Positions 52,265 through 61,634 of a DNA stretch of 64,000 nucleotides are shown here, in pieces (positions within the stretch are counted from its first letter, which is position 1; the number at the start of each line of letters is the position of its first letter). The DNA is from an uncultured Gemmatimonadales bacterium. Lineage in GTDB: Bacteria; Gemmatimonadota; Gemmatimonadetes; Longimicrobiales; RSA9. The stretch spans positions 819,998 through 883,997 of the forward strand of contig CAVUKA010000003.1 of NCBI GenBank assembly GCA_963741945.1, given 5' to 3'. Below the pieces are notes generated by a model. That model was not told where the DNA came from. It did no database searches and worked only from the letters and a program-made list of their open reading frames with translations. A program made the translations under genes and the position numbers.

Positions 52265-52360
52265 TGGTCTTCTCCCCGGAATCGAGTCCGGGCGGACTCC
52301 CGTTTAGGAGCATAATCTTCGGGCCGGACCTGGAGCCTCGGGAGAGGCGGGGAGCGACCC

Positions 52361-52627
52361 ATGAGGCGGAGTCGGTTTTCGGAAGAGCAGATCGCGATGG
52401 CGCTGCGGCAGGCGGACGCCGGGACGTCGGTCGCGGAGATCTGCCGGAAGCTGGAGATCTCGGAGACCACGTTCTTCCGGTGGAAGAAGAAGTTCGGGGG
52501 CCTCGGGGTTCCCGAGCTGCGCGAGCTCAGGCAGTTGCGGGATGAGAATCGTAAGCTGAAGGGGCTCGTGGCGGACCTCTCGCTGGACAAGAGCATTCTT
52601 CAGGAGGCGCTGCGAAAAAAATGGTGA
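52361..52627 (+). CDS. IS3 OrfA (element A)
   Basis: RRSRFSEEQIA..L, ICRKLEISETTFFRWKKKF; A7 slippery run at the orfA/orfB overlap. Confidence 0.9.
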   Translation: MRRSRFSEEQIAMALRQADAGTSVAEICRKLEISETTFFRWKKKFGGLGVPELRELRQLRDENRKLKGLVADLSLDKSILQEALRKKW

Positions 52628-52854
52628 CGCCGACGCAGCGGCGGGAGGTGGTCGGGTGGGCTCGAACTGCGTACGGGCTCGCGGAGCGGCGCGCCTGTCG
52701 AGCGGTGGGGGTCAGCCGGTCCCTCGTTCGGTATCGCTCGGTCAAGCCTGCCCAGGAGCCGCTCCGGCGGCGTTTGCGGGAGATCGCGGCCAGCCGGGTG
52801 AGCTGGGGCTATCCGCGGCTCACCATTCTTCTGCGGCGCGAAGGCTGGCGGGTC
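52621..52854 (+). pseudogene. IS3 OrfB N-terminal part (element A)
   Basis: ERRACRAVG, WGYPRL..LLRREGWRV; resumes as NHKRIYRL after 56439. Confidence 0.85.
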
Positions 52855-52912
52855 TGAGGTGACCCCCGGATCCTGACCCAGCTATTATGGGACTCCCGAG
52901 CAGGAGGAGTCC

Positions 52913-53176
52913 ATGCGGAAGAGCCGGTTCACGGAAGAGCAGATCATCGGAATCCTGAAGGAGGCGGAGGCCGGGGCGCAGGTGCAGGAGGTCTGCAGGC
53001 GCCACGGGATTGCCGAAGCGACGTTCTATCGGTGGCGGAAGAAGTACGGCGGTCTGGACGTGAGCGAAGCGCGGCGGTTGAAGCAGTTGGAAGAAGAGAA
53101 CCGCCGATTGAAACGGATCGTGGCCGACCAGGCGGTGAACCTCCAGGTGCTGAAGGATCTCCTGGGAAACGGGTGA
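52913..53176 (+). CDS. IS3 OrfA (element B)
   Basis: RKSRFTEEQIIGIL, FYRWRKKYGG, LEEENRRLK; GGGAAAC slippery site. Confidence 0.92.
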   Translation: MRKSRFTEEQIIGILKEAEAGAQVQEVCRRHGIAEATFYRWRKKYGGLDVSEARRLKQLEEENRRLKRIVADQAVNLQVLKDLLGNG

Positions 53177-53504
53177 AGACGGCCGTGGAGCGGCGCAGGG
53201 TCGTCGAGCAGGTCCAAGCCGCAGCAGGGGTATCGGAGCGACGGGCGATTCGGTTCACGGGCTTCCCGCGCTCCACCATGCGCTATAAGAGCCTGACCGA
53301 TCCCCAGGAGGAGCTCCGTCAACGGATCAAGGAGCTGGCGGCGCAGCGAATCCGCTGGGGCTACCGGCAGATCCACACGCTGCTCCAGCGGGAAGGCTGG
53401 ACGGTGAACCGGAAGCGCGTCCAGCGGCTCTATCGGGAGGAAGGACTGGCAGTGAGGCGCAAAGGAAAGAAGCGGCGGAGCCAGGCGCCGCGGCCGGTGC
53501 GGGA
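53173..53504 (+). pseudogene. IS3 OrfB N-terminal part (element B)
   Basis: RWGYRQIH..L.REGW.VNRKRV.RLYREEGL; resumes as [14 protein letters not shown] after the IS21. Confidence 0.85.
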
Positions 53505-53565
53505 TGTGGGTCCTCTAAACTATGTCGCGGTTTCTCTCTAAACTTTGTCGCGGCAAGGGCGTGAG

Positions 53566-54345
53566 CTAAGCGGCTTCAGAGTCAGGGGCCTCCTCCTGCT
53601 TATGGTGGCGGGTGCGGTAGGAGCGGCCGCGGAGCACGAAGTGGGTACCGCGCTCCAGGAGCCGATCCAGAATCGCTTCCGCGAGATCGGCATCATGCAG
53701 CACCTGACCGAGGGCGGCCAGGGGTTTGTTGGTGGTCACGATCATGGGCCGGTGCTTCAGGTAGCGATCGTTGACCACCCGGTAGAGTACGTTGGCGGCA
53801 TCGGCAGCGTAGCTCTGATAACCGAGTTCGTCGATCACCAGCACGTGCGGATGGACGTAGGGCTCGAGGGCTTCTTCCAGCCGTCCCTCCGCGGCTGCCT
53901 TCGAGAGGGCGCCGATCAGCTCGTCTGCGGTGGTGAAGCGGGCGTCGAAGCCGTTCTGGATGGCCCGATAGGCGATGGCCACGCCCATATGCGTCTTTCC
54001 CCGACCGGGCGGCCCCGTGAAGATCGCGGACCGCCCCTCGCTCACGAGCTCCGGCCCCAGCAGCGTGCCGAGCATCTGAAGGCGGACGCTGGTCTGGAAG
54101 GTGAAGTCGAATTCCTCGATGGTGCGGAGGAAGGGAAACTTCGCTTTGCGGACGTATCGGGTGATCCGAGTCTGCGCCCGGTGGGCGATCTCCTCGGCGC
54201 AGAGTAGCTCGAGAAACGTGCGGTAGCTCATGCCCTCGTCCTCGGCCCGGATCACCAGGTCCGGATAGAGGCGTCGGACCGTGGGCAGGTGAAGACGGTG
54301 GAGCATCGCATCCAGATCGTCCAGCGGCACGGGAGTGCTGATCAT
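53566..54345 (-). CDS. istB: IS21 helper ATPase
   Basis: GPPGRGKTH, LVIDELGY, TTNK, AILDRLL. Confidence 0.95.
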   Translation of the reverse strand: MISTPVPLDDLDAMLHRLHLPTVRRLYPDLVIRAEDEGMSYRTFLELLCAEEIAHRAQTRITRYVRKAKFPFLRTIEEFDFTFQTSVRLQMLGTLLGPELVSEGRSAIFTGPPGRGKTHMGVAIAYRAIQNGFDARFTTADELIGALSKAAAEGRLEEALEPYVHPHVLVIDELGYQSYAADAANVLYRVVNDRYLKHRPMIVTTNKPLAALGQVLHDADLAEAILDRLLERGTHFVLRGRSYRTRHHKQEEAPDSEAA

Positions 54346-55748
54346 GAGGCCGCCTCCTTCGCCACGAGTCCCATCACGTACTCCGCCCCGATCAGGCGCT
54401 GAAAGAGCGCTCGCTGGAGCAGCCGGAGGAAACGCTCCTGGCCCACCTCCTCCAGCAGGGCGAAGAGCCGCTCGACGTCTCCTTTCCAGGTGTAAGGACG
54501 AGAGTGGATGAGTTCGGTCAGGTAGCCCTCACCGATGGGCCCCAGCTCCAGGATCCGCTCCCGCATGAAGTAGAGGCGCTTCCGGGCGCCGGCCACGGCC
54601 GCCAGCTGCTCCGCCCTCTGGCCGGGCAGGTAGCTGGTAGTCCCCACTTTGGGAAAGCGTGGGTGGGTGGCCTCGAAGCGGGCACCGGTCGTGACGATCC
54701 GGACCCGGTCCGGGTACAGGTGCAGCGTGGCCGGAATCCCGCACGCCCCCGCCGGCATAGCGTAGCGGACTCCCTGGAAATCCACGAGGGCCGTGGGACC
54801 CACATGCACGGCGTAGCGCAGCCCGTATTCTGTGGGCGCAATGGCCAGCGGCTTCATGCGGGCCTGTTCGGTCACGAGCCGGAGCTTTGGGATCTCCTTC
54901 GTGGCGCGGGACGGCCGCTCCTCATTCACCCCCAGCAGCCACTCAAGGAGCTGACGGGGGAGGTCGTGATCGAGATCGGCGAAGCGGCGGGCTCGGAAGA
55001 AGCTCCGCTTCACCCAGCCCACAAGATTCTCCACCGAACCCTTCTGCTCGGGACTCCGCACCGCGCACAGCTCGATGGTGAAGCCGTAGTCGATGGCCAC
55101 CTGCGCCAGGGTCGAGTTCCAGATCGGCCGGTCGCCGTCCCGGCCCACCACCACGGTCTTCGGATTGTCGAAAACTACCCGGAGCGGCACGCCCCCCGAG
55201 TGCTCGAAGGCCGCGAGCAGCGCGCGCACCAGCGATTCGATCCGCTCGTCCGGCACGATCACCACCCACACCCACCGCGAGTACTTTAGCCGGAAGGCCG
55301 CGAAGTGGACCCGCTTCTTCCGCCCGTCCAGCAGCCGGACGTCGGCCTGCCCGAAGTCGAACTGGGCGAACTCCCCCGCTACCCCCTCGAACCGCACCAT
55401 CAGCTCCGCCGGCAGCTTCCCCTTCTCCAGCCGAAACACCCGATAGAAGGTGCTCTCGGCGAGCTGAACTCCTTCGTCACGAAGCAAGCGAAGGTACTCC
55501 AGCGGTGGAGCTTCCGGATCCTCCGCGATCAGATCCACCAGCCGCTGCTTCACCGCTGACCTCACTGGCGGTCGGCCCACACCACGGCGCCGCCGCTCCG
55601 CCACGTCATCCCCGTCCTCTACCAGCGGCTCTTTGGCGATCCGCTGGATCGTCCGCACGGTGACGCCGAACTGCTCCGCAATCTGCTTCTTCTCTTCCCC
55701 CGCCTTCAGCAGAGCATGGACTGCATGTCGATCAATCATCCTGAGCAT
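54342..55748 (-). CDS. istA: IS21 transposase
   Basis: N-terminal HTH, AQFDFG, VFDNPKT, KGSVEN.VG.VK DDE core. Confidence 0.95.
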   Translation of the reverse strand: MLRMIDRHAVHALLKAGEEKKQIAEQFGVTVRTIQRIAKEPLVEDGDDVAERRRRGVGRPPVRSAVKQRLVDLIAEDPEAPPLEYLRLLRDEGVQLAESTFYRVFRLEKGKLPAELMVRFEGVAGEFAQFDFGQADVRLLDGRKKRVHFAAFRLKYSRWVWVVIVPDERIESLVRALLAAFEHSGGVPLRVVFDNPKTVVVGRDGDRPIWNSTLAQVAIDYGFTIELCAVRSPEQKGSVENLVGWVKRSFFRARRFADLDHDLPRQLLEWLLGVNEERPSRATKEIPKLRLVTEQARMKPLAIAPTEYGLRYAVHVGPTALVDFQGVRYAMPAGACGIPATLHLYPDRVRIVTTGARFEATHPRFPKVGTTSYLPGQRAEQLAAVAGARKRLYFMRERILELGPIGEGYLTELIHSRPYTWKGDVERLFALLEEVGQERFLRLLQRALFQRLIGAEYVMGLVAKEAAS

Positions 55749-55874
55749 CCTCCCCGCCCTCCGATTCTCAGAGCCCTGAGCCCTCGGAACGGCGGCATTC
55801 TACGCTGTGGATGCCCTCAACTGCGACATAGTTTGGAGAGAATCAGCGACAGAATTTCGGGAACTCACACGGGA

Positions 55875-56406
55875 GCCGCTCGGGGGGCCGAACGAGCGGT
55901 GGAGCATGGACTTCGTCTCGGACACGCTCAGCAACGGGCGGCGCTTCCGCTGCCTGAACATCATCGACGAGTTCAACCGGGAGTGCCTGGCGATCCACGT
56001 GGCGCACTCGATCCCGTCGGTGGGCGTGATCGAGGTCCTCGAGCAGCTGAGGGAAGAGCGCGGGCTGCCGGACGTGATCGTGACCGACAACGGCTCGGAA
56101 TTCACCAGCCGTGCCTTCAATGCGTGGGCCTATTCGCGGGGGGTGAAGATCGACTACATCCAGCCGGGCAAGCCAATGCAGAACGGGTTTGTGGAGAGCT
56201 TCAACGGGACCTTCCGGGACGAGTGCTTGAACCTGCACTGGTTCCTCACCCTCCGGGACGCCCGAACGACCATCGAGGCGTGGAGAGTGGACTACAACGA
56301 AGTACGGCCGCATAGTTCCCTTGACCGCCTCACCCCCGCTGAATATGCGGGATTACATCAACAGAGCGAGGAGAACCTCGCCATCACCAGCTCGCACCTC
56401 CCGTAA
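55875..56406 (+). pseudogene. IS3 OrfB integrase core (element B)
   Basis: [40 protein letters not shown]. Confidence 0.9.
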
Positions 56407-56439
56407 AGACTGGATCAGCTTTGGGGGTCACCTCAGGTC

Positions 56440-57081
56440 AACCACAAGCGGATCTACCGGCTCTACCGCGAAGAGGGGCTGACGCTGAAGCGAAAACGCC
56501 CGAAGCGGCGGAAGAGCGCGGTTCGTCGACAGGCTCGGTCCGCAGCGCAGGCGCCGAATGAGCGCTGGGCCATGGATTTCGTTCACGACGTCCTGGCCGG
56601 CGGCCGCACGATCCGGATCCTGACGGCCATCAATGCCTTCACCCGGGAGTGCGTGGCACTGGTCGCGAAGCCGAACTTCAAGGGTGAGGATGTGGCGGCG
56701 ATGCTGACCGAGGCTGGCCGGCAGCGTGGCGCTCTGCCTGGCCTGATCTCCGTGGACAATGGCACGGAGTTCACCTCGAAAGCCTTGGATCACTGGGCCT
56801 ACTGGAACAAGATTCAACTGGACTTCAGCCGGCCCGGAAAGCCAACCGACAATGCCCATATCGAGAGCTTCAACGGGACACTGAGACGGGAGTGCTTGTC
56901 GCAACACTGGTTCATCAATGTCGAGGACGCTCGACTTACCCTCGAGAAATGGAGGGATGATTATAACAAGTTCAGGCCCCACAGCAGCTTGGGCCAGATC
57001 CCGCCGCGCCAATTCCGGCTCGGCGAAACCTTCACCCCCGTCCCGGAGAAGCTCGTAAACTCACCTGTTTCCCGGACCTAA
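56440..57081 (+). pseudogene. IS3 OrfB integrase core (element A)
   Basis: WAMDFVHD, VDNGTEF, PGKPTDNAHIESFNG, YNKFRPHSSL. Confidence 0.9.
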
Positions 57082-57098
57082 TTCGGGGTCAGGACCAA

Positions 57099-57148
57099 AC
57101 CAGCTCGCACCTCCCGTAAAGACTGGATCAGCTTTGGGGGTCACCTCA
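57099..57148 (+). mobile_element. Isolated 50-bp right end of a second copy of IS3 element B
   Basis: Identical to 56386-56435 (ACCAGCTCGCACCTCCCGTAAAGACTGGATCAGCTTTGGGGGTCACCTCA). Confidence 0.92.
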
Positions 57149-58012
57149 GTCATCTTCCGTGTAGGCGCAGTTGGCACCGAGCACCGCCAGAATGCTGTTC
57201 GGAAAGAGGAAGTTCGGCTGCCGCACCAGTGCTGCCCGGATTTCGTCGAGCTTCTTCTTAATGAGCGGTCGCTGATAAGGCAGAGCCGAAGTCGGCCCAA
57301 TCGCCGGCAGCTCGTCTTTCCGAAACACCCGCGAAACGCCGAGAAGGTCATAGGGCGAGACCTCAAACGTGAACACGTCTGCTTCGGGGCTGGTTGCATC
57401 AGCGCTCCCAACAATGGTCCGGTCGCTCACCCGTAGCAGCCCGTGTGTGTCCTTGCGGATTTCGATCGGCCGGCGGCCTTGGCCGAGGTTTACCTCCAAG
57501 CGATCCAAGAAGTGGGACTTTGCGAATTCACCAATGCAGTCGGCGTAGTTCTCGAGGACCCCTACACTAGACCGGAAGAAGACGGCCATGCGAGGGATCG
57601 TTAGGTCGACATCGACATCGAACTGTTCGGCCTTCGTCGTGATGAAGAACCCAATGAGAGTGCGAACACGGCGGAATGCCGCAAGCTGGTCCGCCGGGAC
57701 TCCGAGTGCCGTCCAGACTGCGTCGGTCCGATTCGTGGTCTCCAAAGCCCGGATGTGGCCGCGAAACTTGGAATACTTTCGCTCGAGATCACGCTTTCCC
57801 GAGCGGGCCGTGATCTCGCCCAAAAGAGCGAACCTGCCTTCAGCTATGAGGAAGTCAATCTCACAGTGCTCGTTTGCGCTAAAGCGACCCTGAGGGAACA
57901 TGTCCCGCATTCTGGCGTGCGTCCCCCGCGCGCAGGCGAACCCCAACCTCGCGAGTAGGTCAGCCATGCCAGATTCCAGCTGTGGTCCGGTAAGTCCGAG
58001 TAGGGCGCTCAT
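57146..58012 (-). pseudogene. IS-truncated protein: putative PD-(D/E)XK-like N-terminus plus start of a DGQHR/DndB-like domain
   Basis: EIDFLI.....LLGEIT; YQRPLIKKKLDEIR..FPNSIL typical of the DGQHR-domain start; the stop codon is supplied by the IS end. Confidence 0.65.
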
Positions 58013-58046
58013 TATGAATGGATGTCCGCGGAGCGGCTCAGCAGAG

Positions 58047-59225
58047 TCAGGTGACCGCAGACCCGCGCAAGCGTCTTAGCTTCCGAGCCGCAGCAATCAG
58101 ACGGGTCGCCGCGTAATCTACGTCTTCTTCCGTCGTCGTTCTCCCCAGTCCAATCCGTACTCCCTCACGAACCTGTTCGGGGGTGAGACCAATCGCCGAG
58201 AGCACATGCGACGGCTGCGCTTTCGCACTCGCGCAGGCTGCGCCGGTGGAGAAGGCTAGGTCCGGAAGGTTGACCACGAGAGACTTCGCCTTTACGCCGG
58301 GAATGCCAAACGCCAGGTTGTGCGGAAGCCTTTCCCGCGGGTGGCCGTGCAGTCGCAGGTCGTCGAAATCCGATCGTAGACGGTCGAGGAGGCGGTCCCG
58401 AAGACTTCTCAGCCGCTCCCCCTCGGCTTCCAAGCGCTTGGCGGCGATTTCAGCGGCTGCGCCCAGTCCGACGATTCCGGGGACGTTCAGCGTCCCGGAA
58501 CGCCACCCGCTTTCTTGCCCTCCTCCGAATTGCCGAGCCTGCAGCTTCACGCGCGGGTTCCGTGAGCGTACGTACAAAGCTCCAACGCCTTTGGGACCAT
58601 AAAATTTGTGAGCACTCAAGGAAACGAGGTCGAGACCGAGTCCCTCGATACTTATGGGAATGTGCCCAACTGCCTGCGTTGCGTCAGTGTGAAACAGAAC
58701 GCCGGCTTCTCGCGTGGCGCCCGCGATAACGGAGAGCGGTGCAAGTGTCCCGATTTCGTTATTCGCAGCCATTACGCTGACGAGAATCGTATCCGGGCGC
58801 AGAGCCGCCGCCACACGATGAGGGTCCACGCGCCCCTCGTTGTCGACGCCGAGAAAGGTGATTTCGAATCCGCTATCCTCGAGGTGCCGGAGCGGATCGA
58901 GAACTGAAGGGTGCTCCGTCTGGACAGAAATGATGTGGCGCCCGCGCTCGCGATACTGCTCGGCGGCTCCAAGAAGGGCCAGGTTGTTTGACTCGGTTGC
59001 CCCGCTAGTGAATACAATGTCGTCAGCGGAACAGCCGAGGAGTAACGCTAGTTGTTCCCTCGCGCGATCCACAGCGACGGTGGCCTCGTGCCCCAGGCGA
59101 TGGTCACGGCTGGAAGCATTCCCGAACGCCCTGGTAAAGAACGGCAGCATTGCGTCGAGCACACCCGGATCAACAGGCGTTGTGGAATGATGATCGAGGT
59201 AAACCGGGCGTTCTTCTCCTGTCAT
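58047..59225 (-). CDS. dndA: Cysteine desulfurase DndA/IscS-like
   Basis: YLDHHSTTP, FTSGATESNN, SAHKFYGPKG, STGAAC; last core gene of dndCDEA. Confidence 0.9.
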   Translation of the reverse strand: MTGEERPVYLDHHSTTPVDPGVLDAMLPFFTRAFGNASSRDHRLGHEATVAVDRAREQLALLLGCSADDIVFTSGATESNNLALLGAAEQYRERGRHIISVQTEHPSVLDPLRHLEDSGFEITFLGVDNEGRVDPHRVAAALRPDTILVSVMAANNEIGTLAPLSVIAGATREAGVLFHTDATQAVGHIPISIEGLGLDLVSLSAHKFYGPKGVGALYVRSRNPRVKLQARQFGGGQESGWRSGTLNVPGIVGLGAAAEIAAKRLEAEGERLRSLRDRLLDRLRSDFDDLRLHGHPRERLPHNLAFGIPGVKAKSLVVNLPDLAFSTGAACASAKAQPSHVLSAIGLTPEQVREGVRIGLGRTTTEEDVDYAATRLIAAARKLRRLRGSAVT

Positions 59226-59614
59226 GCAGCCGTGCGCGCCTGCGAGGGCACGAGGCCGAGGAGGTCCGAGTAATCGCGGACGCGGTTGCAGACCATGTTT
59301 GCGCCGCGATTCATGTGAGCTCGGAGCTGGGACAGGTACTCTCCGTCGGGATCTAGGCCGTCCTGCAGAAGCCGCTCCTTCAGGTAAACGTCGAACAGTT
59401 GCTCCCACTCCCCGAAGAGCGTCGATCTGTTCAGCTCCGGTCCCTCTTCATCGAAGGACTCCGCCTGTGGGATTCCAGGCTCCGCGAGGGACATGATGAA
59501 CCCGAGCCTGCATAGCAAGTTTGGTGTGACGCCTAGCTTTCCCTTTAGATTGCGGAGCCGAAACCCGACGTCCGAGCTAAGCCGAAGCCGGTTCCATTTC
59601 ACTTGCGCGCTCAT
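59222..59614 (-). CDS. dndE: DNA sulfur modification protein DndE
   Basis: L..LKGKLGVTPNLLCRLGF..SL, G.ELNRSTLFGE, RAHMNRG. Confidence 0.9.
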   Translation of the reverse strand: MSAQVKWNRLRLSSDVGFRLRNLKGKLGVTPNLLCRLGFIMSLAEPGIPQAESFDEEGPELNRSTLFGEWEQLFDVYLKERLLQDGLDPDGEYLSQLRAHMNRGANMVCNRVRDYSDLLGLVPSQARTAA

Positions 59615-61634
59615 AGGTCCCTCCGTCCCAGAAGTACCCGGGTTCAATGACGGTGTGTTGCCAATCTTCTATGAACTCCAACCGGTAGCTACGAGCAGTA
59701 GCGCCGGCGAGACCCTCGAAGTAAATGCGGTCGATTTCGGTGTCCGTCGAGAGAATGATCACCTGGTGCGCGGCTTCCGGGAAATATCCTTCGATTAGGC
59801 GCCGTCGATGATCTGCGTCCAAGCGCCCGAGCGGTGTGTCAATGATCAGCGGCAACGGCCTGCCGGATGTCTGCGCAAGTGCCCAAAGCATAGCAATCGC
59901 ATAGATCTGCTTCTCACCTGCCGAGAGGTCTCGCTTCGGCAAGGCGCGGCCGCCACTGTCTACGAGCAGAACCTCGAACGTTACGGGATCAATCCTTACC
60001 TGCTCCACAAGTTCATCTTTCCGGGCGAGGCGATTGAAGCACTTCACGAACCGGTCACTCAGGTCAGACAGCTTTTCCTCCGTGAGTCGGGCCTCAAACC
60101 TCGAGAGCACCTCCTGAACGGACTTCATAAGCCGCACACGGGTAACCTCCCCTTGTGCGGCGATAGCTTCCTCTCGGGCCTTTCTGGTCTCACGCTCGTT
60201 CTGGGTGATCCGCGTACAGAAGCGCTCAATCGCAGCCTCCTGCTGGCGAGCCGCTTGTTCCATCCGTCCGAGGTCCGCGTGGGCGGCGTTCAGCTCTTCA
60301 AGAAGCGGACGGAGCACGTCATCGGCAGGTGCAGCGCGCAACCGCTGCTCAACGCGGGCGCGTGCCCGCGTTGCGCGCTCGAGTCGAGCCTCCAGATCCT
60401 GAACGAGTTCGGGGATTTTGGTCTGCACTTCTCGGATCCATGCCTGAAGCCGCCGTGCGTCGCCTTCCGAAACGTCGAAGACCGGATCGGTATGTGCTTC
60501 AACGGCGTCCAAGGAGAGGATTTCGCGTACGCGGGCCTTCAGGAGTCGAGAGATCTTCCCGCGGGTCTGGTGGTGGATTTTCTCGAACGTGCTGACCTCC
60601 TCTTCCAATGCGCTGTTCAGCTTCGTCAGCTTCGACATCAGGAGGGTGCGGGCAGCAACCACCTGCTGCCTTTCGGATTCACTCCTAAGCCTTCGCTCAA
60701 CGCCCTCGCCGAGCTCCGGCGCAAGCGCAAACGGCAGCAGTGTTTCGCAGAGACTGCGCACATGGGTATTAATCTCGGCCAACTCGGCTTCAAGTCGTCC
60801 GCGCTTCTCGATATACTCCTCGCGCTTCTCAGCGTAAGCGCCGCCCTCGCGGCGAATCCGCTCCTCGATCCGCGCGATTACCTTCTGCTGCTCAGCGATC
60901 GTGGAGCGGATCCTGTCTGCCTCGCTCTCCGCAGCCGCAAGCTCCGCACGGAGTGCAGCTAGTTCCTTCTCCCTTACGGCCGAAGCCTCGCGAGCCGCCC
61001 GGCCGGCGGAGGCGCTCGAGGCTCTCCCGATGAGGACATCGAGGTCAGCTTGGAGCCGGTCCGCGTAATCTAAACCGATCAAGTTCTTGACGGAGCGGGC
61101 GAAATCGAGGTTCTCCCCATCTTCCGCAAGCGCCTGAATCTTCTCTCCGTCGAAGAAAAACAGCTGCGAAATGCCAGGTGGAATGAGGTCGCGGACGAAA
61201 TCCTCCCACTGATCCTGGTCCAGATCGCCGAGCGGCTTACCATCGCGCTTTACGAGGAGGCTCTCTACGGCCCTAGCGCCCCGGATGCGCCAGCTTCTTT
61301 CGACGAGATAATCCGTGGCCTTGCCAGCGTGAACGTGCTGAAACTCAATGGCAACTGCGGCCTCCTCCAGCGACACTGTAGGATTCCGCGGTCGGTGAAT
61401 TCGATCCCGTAGAAAGGTTTCGTAATCAACGCGACGCACGCGAGCGCCGAGCGCGCGCTGCCCGTACAGACAGACCCGAATCGCGTCGAGGATTGATGTT
61501 TTTCCGCTTCCGTTTCGGCCGCCGATCAGCACGATCGGCTTCTTGGGACTGCTGGCGAGCTGTGGTCGCAGATCGATTGCATGCGCGCCGCAGAACACGC
61601 CGTAGTTCTTGAGGCGCAGGCGGGTGATGATCAT
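59577..61634 (-). CDS. dndD: DNA sulfur modification protein DndD (SMC-like ATPase)
   Basis: GGRNGSGKTS, FFFDGEKI, LSAGEKQIYA, IIDTPLGRLD..HR, QVIILSTDTE. Confidence 0.95.
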   Translation of the reverse strand: MIITRLRLKNYGVFCGAHAIDLRPQLASSPKKPIVLIGGRNGSGKTSILDAIRVCLYGQRALGARVRRVDYETFLRDRIHRPRNPTVSLEEAAVAIEFQHVHAGKATDYLVERSWRIRGARAVESLLVKRDGKPLGDLDQDQWEDFVRDLIPPGISQLFFFDGEKIQALAEDGENLDFARSVKNLIGLDYADRLQADLDVLIGRASSASAGRAAREASAVREKELAALRAELAAAESEADRIRSTIAEQQKVIARIEERIRREGGAYAEKREEYIEKRGRLEAELAEINTHVRSLCETLLPFALAPELGEGVERRLRSESERQQVVAARTLLMSKLTKLNSALEEEVSTFEKIHHQTRGKISRLLKARVREILSLDAVEAHTDPVFDVSEGDARRLQAWIREVQTKIPELVQDLEARLERATRARARVEQRLRAAPADDVLRPLLEELNAAHADLGRMEQAARQQEAAIERFCTRITQNERETRKAREEAIAAQGEVTRVRLMKSVQEVLSRFEARLTEEKLSDLSDRFVKCFNRLARKDELVEQVRIDPVTFEVLLVDSGGRALPKRDLSAGEKQIYAIAMLWALAQTSGRPLPLIIDTPLGRLDADHRRRLIEGYFPEAAHQVIILSTDTEIDRIYFEGLAGATARSYRLEFIEDWQHTVIEPGYFWDGGTYERASEMEPASA

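Larger units (their letters stand above)
53505..55869 (-). mobile_element. IS21-family element (istAB), apparently intact
   Basis: TGT...ACA termini with repeated AAACTWTGTCGC subterminal motifs; 5-bp target duplication CGGGA at 53500-53504 and 55870-55874. Confidence 0.94.
52855..56435 (+). mobile_element. IS3-family element B, inserted in element A and interrupted by IS21
   Basis: Termini TGAGGTGACCCCC...GGGGGTCACCTCA; 4-bp target duplication GGTC at 52851-52854 and 56436-56439. Confidence 0.93.
52265..57097 (+). mobile_element. IS3-family element A (outer), interrupted by element B
   Basis: Imperfect terminal IRs TGGTCTTCTCCCCGGAATCGAGTCCGGG and revcomp TGGTCCTGACCCCGAATTAGGTCCGGG; orfA and split orfB; no matching target duplication. 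Confidence 0.88.
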
